Shown piece after piece: positions 27,016 to 36,162 of a stretch of DNA of 64,000 nt. The stretch covers positions 16,751-80,750 of the forward strand of contig JBEKPF010000003.1 in NCBI GenBank assembly GCA_049521035.1. Direction: 5' to 3'. Position numbers and translations under genes: made by a program. The stretch's first letter is position 1. Each line of letters starts with the position of its first letter. Under the pieces are notes generated by a model, which did not search any database, was not told the origin of the DNA, and saw only the letters and a program-made list of their open reading frames with translations. The DNA is from Terracidiphilus sp. (GTDB lineage: Bacteria > Acidobacteriota > Terriglobia > Terriglobales > Acidobacteriaceae).

Positions 27016-27176
27016 CCCGTCCACCTGCCTTCGGACCCAAGTCAAACACGCTCGCCATGGTGAGGGCAAGGTGATTCAAGTCACAGGTCCTCAACACCAT
27101 CTTGCCCGCGAGCTCGGAAAGCTCGCTGCCGCACAAAACGGAGGCCTGAAATAGTTTTTAAGATTTCTCTTGCTTT

Positions 27177-27204
27177 GTACTAGTCAATTAGTACACTATA
27201 GTAC
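27177..27204. promoter_or_regulatory. palindromic operator candidate overlapping the GntR-gene start region
   Basis: GTACTA (27177-27182), a 6-nt spacer, TAGTAC (27189-27194), then a third TAGTAC at 27199-27204. This ends 2 nt before the ATG at 27207. TATAGT at 27197-27202 looks like a -10 element, and no Shine-Dalgarno sequence is present. Confidence 0.55.
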
Positions 27205-27206
27205 TC

Positions 27207-27623
27207 ATGAAGCGAAGCGGCAAAGACCGCGAACAGGCCGGAGTAGATGAATTCGCCTTCCGCCTCGACGCGCACAGCGGTGTCCCCGTCTATCGTCAGC
27301 TCATTGACCAGGTGCAGGCGGCCATTGCTTCTGGCGCGTTGTCCATTGGTGTCCAGCTCCCCACCGTGCGTCAGGTCGCCGTTGACCTCGCCATCAACCC
27401 CAACACCGTGTCGCGTGCTTACCGCGAGATGGAAATTCGCGGCCTGCTCGACACCGAGCAAGGTACCGGTACCTTCATCTCCGACCGCAAGGTCGAGTAC
27501 TCCAAAGACGAGCGCGACCGCATCCTCGCGCAGTTGGCCGGTGAGTTTGTCTCGCGTGCCGGGGCTGCGGGCTTCACCCTTAAGCAGTTGATGAAAGCTC
27601 TGCGCGAACTCGACCCCGACTAA
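27207..27623 (+). CDS. GntR-family transcriptional regulator, short YtrA-like subfamily
   Basis: The winged HTH PVYRQLIDQVQAAIASGALSIGVQLPTVRQVAVDLAINPNTVSRAYREMEIRGLL..EQGTGTFI is followed by only a ~50-aa helical C-terminal part. Confidence 0.85.
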   Translation: MKRSGKDREQAGVDEFAFRLDAHSGVPVYRQLIDQVQAAIASGALSIGVQLPTVRQVAVDLAINPNTVSRAYREMEIRGLLDTEQGTGTFISDRKVEYSKDERDRILAQLAGEFVSRAGAAGFTLKQLMKALRELDPD

Positions 27624-27662
27624 GATTCCAGAGAAAAGTAGTGAGTCCGTAAGGAGGAAAAC

Positions 27663-28523
27663 ATGAACCTGAACAAGAACTTCAATAGCGTTGGCGTAAC
27701 CGTGCTTCTGCTTTGCTTCATTGCTGGCCTGGTGGCTGCCAAACTCGCCAATATGCCGCTCATTGCATTGGCAGGTTCGCTTCTCGGTCTCTACTTTATA
27801 TTTGCCATCGTGGTCGTCGATCAGTGGGAAAAGGTCGCTGTACTGCGCTTTGGGCGTTATCGCGGCCTGCGCGGGCCAGGCCTGTTCCTCATCGTTCCCA
27901 TCGTCGACACCCTGAGCAGATACGTCGATCAGCGTGTCAGAGTCACCACAGTAAGCGCCGAATCAACCCTGACCCGAGACACGGTGCCGGTGAACGTCGA
28001 CGCCATCATCTTCTGGCTGGTCTGGAATGCCGAGAAGTCCATCCTCGAAGTCGAGGATTTCAAGGAAGCCATTACCCTCAGTTCGCAAACCGCCCTGCGC
28101 GAATCCATTGGTCGCCACCAATTGGCGCAGATGATTACCGAGCGCGAGACCATGGGCCACCAGCTGCAACGGATCCTCGACGAGAAGACCACCCCGTGGG
28201 GCATTACCGTGCAATCCGTTGAAATCCGCGATGTGCGCATTCCGCAAGCGCTTGAGAATGCGATGTCGCAGCAGGCGCAGGCGGAGCGCGAGCGCCAGGC
28301 CCGTGTCATCCTCGGCGAGGCGGAAGTTCAGGTTTCCGATCAATTCGCACAGGCCTCTCGCGTTTACGCGGAGAATCCCGGTGCCTTGCATTTGCGCGGC
28401 ATGAACATGCTCTACGAAGCTATCCGCGAGAAGGGTGCAATGGTCATCGTGCCATCTTCCGCAATTGAAACCATGGGCCTTGGCGGCGCGTTAGCTACCA
28501 CCGCCATCGCCAAGCAACAATGA
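27663..28523 (+). CDS. SPFH/Band-7 (stomatin-like) membrane protein
   Basis: AAGGAGG lies 6 nt upstream. An N-terminal hairpin TM is followed by VVVDQWEKVAVLRFGRYRGLRGPGLFLIVPIVD...VPVNVDAIIFW...IRDVRIPQALENAMSQQAQAERERQARVILGEAE. Confidence 0.88.
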   Translation: MNLNKNFNSVGVTVLLLCFIAGLVAAKLANMPLIALAGSLLGLYFIFAIVVVDQWEKVAVLRFGRYRGLRGPGLFLIVPIVDTLSRYVDQRVRVTTVSAESTLTRDTVPVNVDAIIFWLVWNAEKSILEVEDFKEAITLSSQTALRESIGRHQLAQMITERETMGHQLQRILDEKTTPWGITVQSVEIRDVRIPQALENAMSQQAQAERERQARVILGEAEVQVSDQFAQASRVYAENPGALHLRGMNMLYEAIREKGAMVIVPSSAIETMGLGGALATTAIAKQQ

Positions 28524-28557
28524 GCTCTGACAATCCCAAGAGTCGAGGTAACTGCAC

Positions 28558-29532
28558 ATGAAGGAGATGACTCTGTTGCTCATCGTTCTTACGGCGCTCT
28601 CGCGCGGGTTTCTATGGGCGCAGGAAAGAGTAGACTCTTCGCCGCATACCGTGCGGTTTCTCACCGTCGAGAAAGACGTCAAGCTCGAAGTGCTTGATTG
28701 GGGTGGAGCCGGGCAGTCGCTGGTTTTTCTGGCTGGCCTGGGAAGCACTGCACATATCTACGACAGCTTTGCGCCGCAATTTACTGCGCACTTTCATGTT
28801 CTTGGCATCACGCGGCGCGGTTGGGGAGCTTCGAGCAAGCCAGCTCCAACCGTCGCCAATTATGCAGCGGACCGTCTGGGCGACGATGTGCTTGCCGTGA
28901 TCGACGCGCTCAAGCTAGATCGTCCTGTATTGGCTGGGCACTCTATCGCGGGCGAGGAATTGAGTTCCATTGGCAGCCGCTATCCTGAGAAAGTTCGCGG
29001 GTTGATCTACCTTGACGCCGCCGATGGGTACGGCTTCTACAACCGCGCTCAAGGAGACTGGATGCTCGACATGCTCGACCTTCAGAGGCGTATTGACGCG
29101 TTGCAAAATGGCGCAGTCATCGACCGAAAATTCGGCCAGGACATGTTGGACAGTGTGACGCAACTTGAAAAGAGTACCCAAAAGCTGAACAATCGGCTCG
29201 CGCTCATGCCTCCCGCGCCTTCGCCGCCGCCTCCACCCATCGGCTTGGCCACCCGATTCGGCGAGCAGAAATATACGCAGATTCGCGTTCCCATCCTCGC
29301 CATATTTGCGTGCCCGCACAACTTTGACCGCGTCTACCCAAACGAGCCCGCCGCCAAAGCGGCAATAGTCGCCAATGATCTTGCAAGTTGCTCTGCGCAG
29401 GCGGATGCATTCGGAGCCGCCATGCCTTCAGCGAAAGTTATCCGCCTGCCCAACGCCGATCATTTCGTTTTCTACTCAAACCCCGCGGAGGTTCTCCGAG
29501 AAATGACCGCGTTCCTCGCCAAGCTTCCCTGA
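28558..29532 (+). CDS. secreted alpha/beta-fold hydrolase
   Basis: Signal peptide, an oxyanion region LVFLAGLGST, the nucleophile elbow GHSIAG, and a C-terminal ...LPNADHFVF (catalytic His context). Confidence 0.75.
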   Translation: MKEMTLLLIVLTALSRGFLWAQERVDSSPHTVRFLTVEKDVKLEVLDWGGAGQSLVFLAGLGSTAHIYDSFAPQFTAHFHVLGITRRGWGASSKPAPTVANYAADRLGDDVLAVIDALKLDRPVLAGHSIAGEELSSIGSRYPEKVRGLIYLDAADGYGFYNRAQGDWMLDMLDLQRRIDALQNGAVIDRKFGQDMLDSVTQLEKSTQKLNNRLALMPPAPSPPPPPIGLATRFGEQKYTQIRVPILAIFACPHNFDRVYPNEPAAKAAIVANDLASCSAQADAFGAAMPSAKVIRLPNADHFVFYSNPAEVLREMTAFLAKLP

Positions 29533-29796
29533 CCGTCGTCTGCGACACCTTCGGAGTCCGATCGGGGAAACTTGTCGCTGCCCAAGCGATCACTCCTATT
29601 GCATACTTGCCGGCGTCACGTGTTTTTCATCCCCTCCAAGAAAATCAGATTGTCATATTTGAAATAATTCCCTCTTTGACAATTCTTATCTCGAGGATGT
29701 AGTACTTTGTGCCGCGCTGGGCGGTTCGACTTCAGCGCATTCGAAGGAACCGGCCCAGGCTGGAAATCGCAAAAAAACGGAGCAGGAGTTTCCCCC

Positions 29797-30446
29797 ATGA
29801 GAACACTTGTGCTGGCAGCCGCCACACTCGCGCTGTTCGCAACAGCCCCAGTGCGCAACTCTCCATCGACATCACCAATCCAAGCGACTGGCAGATATCG
29901 AATGGCGTCATCTCGCTTGACTGGAACTCCACCACTGCACACGTCTTCAGCGTCCACCTTGCCGGACACCCCGACGAACTCGTCGACACTACAACTACTC
30001 AGAACGGTCAACCCGACGGGCTCTATATGGATAACAGCGGCGTCGGCTCCGGCACCACCTCAGCCAGCTACCAGTTGGTGCAGGGCCAATATCTTGATTG
30101 GTGGATCACCACGGAATCCAACTCGACCAACGCGTTCACCTACACGCAGCACTACATCCTTAGGCCGGTGACTCCGGCTTTCATGTCTACATCGTTTTCA
30201 ACCACTCGGCCACGGATGTCACTGGAAGCCTGGGCCAGGTTCAATATGTTTTCCGGATCAACCTGCCTCTATTCACCAACACCTATTCCGTGAATACAGA
30301 TGGGATGAGAAGGCGTCATGTACGATGCGCTGCGCCTTGAGGTCACCAACACATCTGCCGATCCAGCTGTAACAGGTTGGAACGACTACGAGTATCTCTA
30401 TGGCTCAACCTACAAACCAGCGAACGACGCGCTGCAAAATCAATAG
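29797..30446 (+). pseudogene. decayed rhamnogalacturonan-lyase (PL4-like) gene: two frameshifts plus a large internal deletion
   Basis: The signal peptide MRTLVLAAATLALFATAP is in one frame. AQLSIDITNPSDWQISNG...FTYTQHYILRP continues in a second frame and GDSGFHVYIVFNHSATDVTGSLGQVQYVFRINLPLF in a third. This third segment is comparable to the TQYMVV..GD..IHM....GELRFIARLN block of fungal RhgB. After about 30300 only a C-terminal remnant remains (GVMYDALRLEV...NQ-stop at 30444-30446). Confidence 0.6.
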
Positions 30447-30456
30447 TTTTCCAGCC

Positions 30457-30489
30457 GGCAGCGGTCATGGAGAGACCATGACCGCTGCC
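30457..30489 (+). other. perfect 14-bp hairpin immediately after the pseudogene remnant
   Basis: GGCAGCGGTCATGG, loop AGAGA, CCATGACCGCTGCC; all 14 pairs are Watson-Crick. No U-tract follows. Confidence 0.6.
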
Positions 30490-30642
30490 CACAGAGCCCG
30501 GTCCGCAATTGTTAGGTGCCGTATATTGAGCAAAATGGTACAGGAGTCGGATTGGGGTCGCACCTGACAAGGGATTTTAGTAAGCTATAACTGATGCCCC
30601 GCTTGTTGGCGGCGATTCCGACGAAAGAAGGAGACTCTTTAT

Positions 30643-30885
30643 ATGGCAGATACAGTCAAGAAAGCAAAGACCCCTGCGAAACCCCGCAAGACCTCGATAA
30701 ACACTGCCGCAAAAACTGCTGTAAAGAAAGAGAAAGTTACTGCAGCACCGGTGCCGGTCATGCCTTCACGCGAAGCGATTGAGAAACTCGCCCAGCAATA
30801 CTGGGCACAGCGTGGTTACATTGATGGATTTGCGGAGCAGGATTGGCTCCGCGCTGAGCAGGAACTGCTCAAGATGGCTTCTTAA
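30643..30885 (+). CDS. DUF2934-family small protein (80 aa)
   Basis: GAAGGAG lies about 9 nt upstream. A Lys-rich N-terminus is followed by IEKLAQQYWAQRGYIDGFAEQDWLRAEQEL, the characteristic DUF2934 helix pattern. Confidence 0.7.
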   Translation: MADTVKKAKTPAKPRKTSINTAAKTAVKKEKVTAAPVPVMPSREAIEKLAQQYWAQRGYIDGFAEQDWLRAEQELLKMAS

Positions 30886-31126
30886 CTAATTGAGATCTGT
30901 TCAGTTGCGGTAGAGCTTACTAGCCTGAATCATCTCATCGCAGACTCCGCCGCACCGGTTGGAGCCAATGCGTTCTGCACAGACACACTTTGCCCCATCG
31001 GGTTGCCCGATTGAGTCGGCTCGTGTCGTCCTCAAGAGGGTGGGCGATTAGATGCGCAGTTTCGTCTTCTCGCTCTGTGAACTCACGTCGCCGAGCGAGA
31101 GGAGCTATTTGTCGTGTCCGGAGTAA

Positions 31127-32032
31127 TCAGTTTGCTCGTTCCGCCACCAGCATGGCCTGAAAAATCTGATCTGAAACATCCTTGACGGCCGCTGGCGAAT
31201 GCGACAGAAACAGCGTGCTAGTCTTGTCGTTCTCGCCAATCGACTTCAGCGTATCGAAGTACTGCGTTACCAGCACAAGCTGCATTACTTCTTTTGACGT
31301 CGCGCCTTCAACCGCCTTCTGGAACTGCTCCACCGAGGTCTGCAGCCCTTCGATAATCGCCTTCCGTTGATTCGCAATGCCCTGTCCTTGCAGCGCCTTG
31401 CTCTCTGCTTCGGCCTCAGCCTTTTTCACAACCAGAATCTTTTCTGCCTCGCCCCTGGCATTCGCAGCCACCTGTTCCCGCTGGGCTGCGTTGATATCGT
31501 TCATCGCCGACTTCACCTTTTGATCGGGAACGATATCCGTCACCAGCACATTCACAATCTCGTAGCCGAAGGTTGACATGTCTGAATCCAGTTCCTGCTT
31601 CACCGCTGCGGCAATGCTCGATTGCGAGGCGAACACTTCATCCAGCGTCATACTTGGCACGTGGCCCAGAATCACCTGCTCCACATAGCTCTTGATTTGC
31701 GCCACAGGGTCAGACAATTTGTAGAACGCGTCATATACTTTCTCAGGACGCACACGGTTCTGCACTGAAATCGGAATCGTCACAAACACGTTGTCTTTGG
31801 TCTTTGTTTCCATTGTCAGCGAGATTTGATTAACCCTCAGGCTCACCAGCCCCGACACTGTATCGAAGTACGGCGTCTTCCAGTTCAACCCAGCGTCGGC
31901 TACGCGAAGAAACTTGCCGAAACGTGTAATCACGGCCACTTGCGCCGTGTTCACCGTAAAGAAGCTTCCTAGAACCAATGAAAGCGCGATGATAGCCATA
32001 ACAACCGCAAGAATCACAAGAGCAATATCCAT
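31127..32032 (-). CDS. SPFH/Band-7 family protein (prohibitin/HIR-like paralogue)
   Basis: GGAGGA lies 6 nt upstream. An N-terminal TM (IALVILAVVMAIIALSLVLG) is followed by VAVITRFGKFLRVADAGLNWKTPYFD...NVLVTDIVPD..V..AMN.INAAQR and a coiled-coil. Confidence 0.85.
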   Translation of the reverse strand: MDIALVILAVVMAIIALSLVLGSFFTVNTAQVAVITRFGKFLRVADAGLNWKTPYFDTVSGLVSLRVNQISLTMETKTKDNVFVTIPISVQNRVRPEKVYDAFYKLSDPVAQIKSYVEQVILGHVPSMTLDEVFASQSSIAAAVKQELDSDMSTFGYEIVNVLVTDIVPDQKVKSAMNDINAAQREQVAANARGEAEKILVVKKAEAEAESKALQGQGIANQRKAIIEGLQTSVEQFQKAVEGATSKEVMQLVLVTQYFDTLKSIGENDKTSTLFLSHSPAAVKDVSDQIFQAMLVAERAN

Positions 32033-32222
32033 TTCGTTCCTCCGTCACCCGCCGCAGCGAGCAACGACGGATTATACAGGACGGCGAAATAGCTCACGTG
32101 ATGCGGCCAAATTGGCATCGAGAAACGTCAACAGTAGCATCGCCCCTGCGCACCTGCCACCGATGTTTGAAGCGGTATGATGCACAGATAGGTTTATCTT
32201 GTCCCGCCTCAGGAGCATTCAA

Positions 32223-34085
32223 ATGCAACCATATCGTTTTCGCTTTTTGGGAGCGCTCGCGGTCATCCTCGCGCTGGCCGGTCCCGCAGTTTTGCCCCTC
32301 TCCGGGCAAACCATCTCCCTTACCGTAGATGCTACGAAGACTCCGCAGAAGCTTCTGCATGCCCGCTTGGATTTGCCGGTCAGGCCTGGACCTCTTACTC
32401 TTTACTATCCAAAATGGATTCCTGGAGAACATGGTCCGGAAGGCCCCATTGCCAACCTGACTGGGCTGAAGTTTCAGGTAGACGGGAGGACCATTCCTTG
32501 GAAGCGCGATCTGCTCGATGTGTTCACTTTCCATCTCGACATCCCTGCGGGTGTCAACCGTCTTGAGGCTTCATATGACTTCATTGAACCCGATGGAAAC
32601 TCGGCCACAGACAAGCTGATGGTTCTGGAGTGGAACGACGTCGTGCTCTATCCCGCCGGCACGCCCGCTCAACAATTGAGCTATGAAGCGAAGCTCCTGA
32701 TGCCCGATGGCTGGAAGTTCGGCACATCCCTTCCTATCGCAAATCAATCTGGCAACCAGGTTACGTTCAAGCCGATATCTCTAGATCTGCTCGTCGATTC
32801 ACCCGTAATTACCGGCGAGTATTATCGCGCCATAGATCTCACGCCATCCGGCGAGCCCATTCACCATGAAATTGATATGGTGGCTGACAGCGAGGCCGCT
32901 CTCGAAATGAGCCCTAAGATCCAGAAGGCGATGACCAATCTGGTGGCCGAGTCGGGCAAGCTCTTCGGCGCGCGCCATTATCGTGACTACCACTTCCTCT
33001 TCACGCTCAGCGATCACGTTGCGCACTTCGGCCTCGAGCATCACGAATCCAACGACAGCCGTCTTCCCGAGCGCGCCCTGCTCCTGCCCAGCGCGGGAAT
33101 GTCCCTGGGCGGATTGCTGGCGCACGAGTTCGTCCACTCCTGGAATGGCAAGTTTCGCCGTCCCGCTGACTTGACCGTCCCTTACTACGAACAGCCCATG
33201 GAGACCGACCTGCTCTGGGGCTATGAAGGGCTGACGGATTTCCTCGGCCCCATGTTGGCCGCGCGCAGCGGTCTTTGGACCCCCGACCAATATCATGAAT
33301 ACCTCGCTAGCATTGCAGCCAGCCTCGGCCCCGGACGCCCTGGGCGCACCTGGCGTCCTCTGCTCGATACCGCTTCAGGAGAACCCGGTATGTCTGGCCG
33401 TGGTGGCTGGATGAATTGGCGCCGCGGTGTGGACTACTACGACGAAGGCGATCTGCTCTGGCTTGAAGTGGCCACCATCATTCATCGCGAGTCGCATGGA
33501 CAAAAGTCCATCGACGATTTCTGCCACGTTTTTCACGGCGGTCCTAACAATGGCCCGGAGGTCAAGACCTACACCTTCGAAGAATTAGTCGCTGACCTCA
33601 ATAACATTGCTCCCTATGATTGGGCCGGTTTCTTCCATACCCGCCTGGATTCTACGTCGGCCGACGCTCCGGTTGGGGGCATCGAAAACGGCGGTTGGAA
33701 AGTCGTCTTCAACGCAGAGCCAACCAAGTTGCAGGGGCGTCGCGGCAATCAGGGAGATACCTATTCCATCGGCTTACAACTCGGTGAGGACGGAACTGTG
33801 AGAGATGCCATTGTCGGGAGTCCTGCGTTTGAAGCTGGCATCTCCTCTGGCATGAAAGTGATCGGCGTGAACGGTCGCGTCTACACTTCGGATGTGCTCG
33901 AGGATGCAATCAAAGCTGCAAAAGATACGCAGCTGCCAATCACGCTACTGGTTGTCGTGGACGACTATTTCCAAACATCCACGATCAACTACCACGGCGG
34001 CGAGCGCTATCCCCATCTCGTCCGCGACGACGCCAAGCCCGACTATCTTGACGAAGTAATCAAGCCCCAGGCCGTCAGCCAGTAA
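32223..34085 (+). CDS. secreted M61-family (glycyl aminopeptidase-like) metallopeptidase with C-terminal PDZ domain
   Basis: Signal peptide and a zinc motif HEFVHSWNGKF (HExxH), with a downstream YEG... segment. The C-terminus has GLQLGEDGTVRDAIVGSPAFEAGISSGMKVIGVNG (PDZ-like). Confidence 0.75.
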   Translation: MQPYRFRFLGALAVILALAGPAVLPLSGQTISLTVDATKTPQKLLHARLDLPVRPGPLTLYYPKWIPGEHGPEGPIANLTGLKFQVDGRTIPWKRDLLDVFTFHLDIPAGVNRLEASYDFIEPDGNSATDKLMVLEWNDVVLYPAGTPAQQLSYEAKLLMPDGWKFGTSLPIANQSGNQVTFKPISLDLLVDSPVITGEYYRAIDLTPSGEPIHHEIDMVADSEAALEMSPKIQKAMTNLVAESGKLFGARHYRDYHFLFTLSDHVAHFGLEHHESNDSRLPERALLLPSAGMSLGGLLAHEFVHSWNGKFRRPADLTVPYYEQPMETDLLWGYEGLTDFLGPMLAARSGLWTPDQYHEYLASIAASLGPGRPGRTWRPLLDTASGEPGMSGRGGWMNWRRGVDYYDEGDLLWLEVATIIHRESHGQKSIDDFCHVFHGGPNNGPEVKTYTFEELVADLNNIAPYDWAGFFHTRLDSTSADAPVGGIENGGWKVVFNAEPTKLQGRRGNQGDTYSIGLQLGEDGTVRDAIVGSPAFEAGISSGMKVIGVNGRVYTSDVLEDAIKAAKDTQLPITLLVVVDDYFQTSTINYHGGERYPHLVRDDAKPDYLDEVIKPQAVSQ

Positions 34086-34127
34086 TCCTCGCGCGAAAAT
34101 CGAGGTAAACTTAACTCTCCAAACCAC

Positions 34128-34160
34128 TGCGGCGGCTACCGTAACTCGGAAGCCGCCGCA
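34128..34160. terminator. hairpin between convergent genes (possible bidirectional terminator)
   Basis: TGCGGCGGCT and AGCCGCCGCA form a perfect 10-bp GC-rich stem with a 13-nt loop. The U-tracts are weak on both strands. Confidence 0.5.
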
Positions 34161-34190
34161 ATTGTCTTACTTCAAGTTAATGGCTCACAG

Positions 34191-36038
34191 TTATTTCACT
34201 TCTCCGATGTAAACCCCATACGGTCCAAGATCAATCTGTCCCAGCCCCCGTGGATCAGTTGCTCCGGGCGTCTTTAGCAGCGTCTTCGTCTTGCCTCCCG
34301 CCCCCGGAATGTTGAGGCTAACCGTCTGCGGCTCCGCCGTGAAGTTTACGCTGACCACCACAGCCGGGGCACCCGATGCCTGCCGCACCCAACTCAGCAC
34401 TTTCGTATTCGTCGTATCCAGCATCGTATCGGCGCCGAGGGCAAATGCCGGAGTCGTCTTCTTCAGCCGGATCAGGCTCTGATACCACGTGAACAGCGAG
34501 TTCGGATCGCCCTTCTCGGCAGCTACATTGACGGTCGCAGCGCTCGGCGGCACTGGCAGCCAAGGCGTGGCCCCGGCCTTTGTAAATCCTGCGTTCGCAC
34601 TCGCGTCCCACTGCATCGGAGTGCGCTCGCCATCACGCCCTTTTTCTTTCGGCCAACCGGTCACGCCAATCGGATCTTTGACGTCTTCCTTGCGTGTGGG
34701 CGGGGTCGTCTTCATTCCGATTTCGTCACCGTAGTAGAACAACGCTGTCCCCCTGCTCGCGAATAGCATCGTAGAAATCACGCGTTGAATATCGGTGTCG
34801 TGGACCCCGTCGCCGTAGCGAGCGTCGAGCCGTGGATTGTCGTGATTGTCGAACACCAGCAACGGAGTGTTGTCGCCAATCTGAGTCTCCACGTCATTCA
34901 GCTTGTCCCGGAAGGTCGCCACATCCAGCTTGTTGATGAATCCCACCTGTGTATCCATCGGCAGTTGAAACTCGGGCTTTCCCGGCTGTCCATACTGCTT
35001 CGCTAACTCGGCAATGTTAGGCAGATACGTCTCGCCAATTAGCACGCGCGTTCCTGGAAACTTGTCTGACCCGAAGGTATCCGTCCACGCACGCATCTCC
35101 TGCATCACCGGATGTGTCCCCGGCAGATTATTCGTCATCGTGTCGTTCAAACTGATGTCGCCGTAGGCATTCAGATAGGGCTTGCCGTCTTTGTCCTTCA
35201 GCACTTCCTCGTCTCGCAGCTGAGGGTCCTCAAACAGCGTCGTAATCGCGTCAAACCGGAATCCGCCCACTCCGCGCTTCAGCCAGAATCCGATGATATC
35301 CTTGAACGCCTCGTGGATCTTCGGGTTGTCCCAGTTCACGTCCGGCTGCTGAATATAAAACTTGTGGTAGTAGTATTGCCGCGTCTTCTCGTCCCACTCC
35401 CATGCCGAGTGCCCGAAATCGGACTGCCAGTTATTCGGCACTTCGCCCTTATCGGTTGCGGTCTCGCCCTTGCCGTCGTGCCACATATACCAATTGCGAT
35501 AGGGACTGTCGCGCGACGACCGCGACTGAATGAACCACTCGTGCTTATCCGAGGTGTGGTTCATCACCATATCCATCAGAATTCGGATATGACGCTTCTC
35601 CGCCTCGGCAACCAACCTGTCGAAGTCCTTCAGGGTGCCGTATTGTGGATCGATATTCTTGTAGTCCGAGATGTCGTAGCCGAAATCCACTTGTGGCGAG
35701 GGATAGCAGGGCGAAAGCCAGATTGCGTCTATCCCGAGCTCCTTCAGGTAGTCCAGCCGTTGTGTGATGCCGTTCAGATCCCCAATGCCGTCCTCATTTG
35801 AATCCTGGAAACTGCGCGGGTAGATCTCGTAGATCACGGCATTCTTCCACCAGTCCCGCTCGTTCGCGGCGCCGTTGTTTTTGACCTCGTGGGAGGCTTG
35901 CGTTGTTGCTTCTAAATTGGGTTGGATTGTTGGTCGGGCGGGCAACACCTGCCCCCCTGCGGAGTACGCCACCGCCCCCAGAAACAGGCTTAGGGCGCAG
36001 CTCTCCGTGGCTCTTGCGATTCTTGCGGTCCAGTGCAT
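34191..36038 (-). CDS. secreted GH13 alpha-glucosidase / oligo-1,6-glucosidase-like enzyme
   Basis: WWKNAVIYEIYPRSFQDSNEDGIGDL.GI...LDYLKELGIDAIWLSP, MDMVMNHTS, GFRFDAI, IGETY and FDNHDNPR match GH13 conserved regions I-IV. ATG at 36038 follows GAGGAG. Confidence 0.88.
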   Translation of the reverse strand: MHWTARIARATESCALSLFLGAVAYSAGGQVLPARPTIQPNLEATTQASHEVKNNGAANERDWWKNAVIYEIYPRSFQDSNEDGIGDLNGITQRLDYLKELGIDAIWLSPCYPSPQVDFGYDISDYKNIDPQYGTLKDFDRLVAEAEKRHIRILMDMVMNHTSDKHEWFIQSRSSRDSPYRNWYMWHDGKGETATDKGEVPNNWQSDFGHSAWEWDEKTRQYYYHKFYIQQPDVNWDNPKIHEAFKDIIGFWLKRGVGGFRFDAITTLFEDPQLRDEEVLKDKDGKPYLNAYGDISLNDTMTNNLPGTHPVMQEMRAWTDTFGSDKFPGTRVLIGETYLPNIAELAKQYGQPGKPEFQLPMDTQVGFINKLDVATFRDKLNDVETQIGDNTPLLVFDNHDNPRLDARYGDGVHDTDIQRVISTMLFASRGTALFYYGDEIGMKTTPPTRKEDVKDPIGVTGWPKEKGRDGERTPMQWDASANAGFTKAGATPWLPVPPSAATVNVAAEKGDPNSLFTWYQSLIRLKKTTPAFALGADTMLDTTNTKVLSWVRQASGAPAVVVSVNFTAEPQTVSLNIPGAGGKTKTLLKTPGATDPRGLGQIDLGPYGVYIGEVK

Positions 36039-36162
36039 TGCGGTTCTCCTCGTCTGCTTCCGCTGCTCGTCAAATCGGCAACGGTGTGACGGTAGCCAAG
36101 CTATCACATGGACGCGCTCTTTGGAGAACCTCTTTCCATGACTCGCTATCTGCACGCCCTCT

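Noticed and set aside
30343-30570. A 75-aa minus-strand ORF spanning the hairpin after the pseudogene.
   Set aside because: It crosses the 14-bp palindrome and the plus-strand C-terminal remnant of the lyase, and it has no ribosome-binding site or motif.
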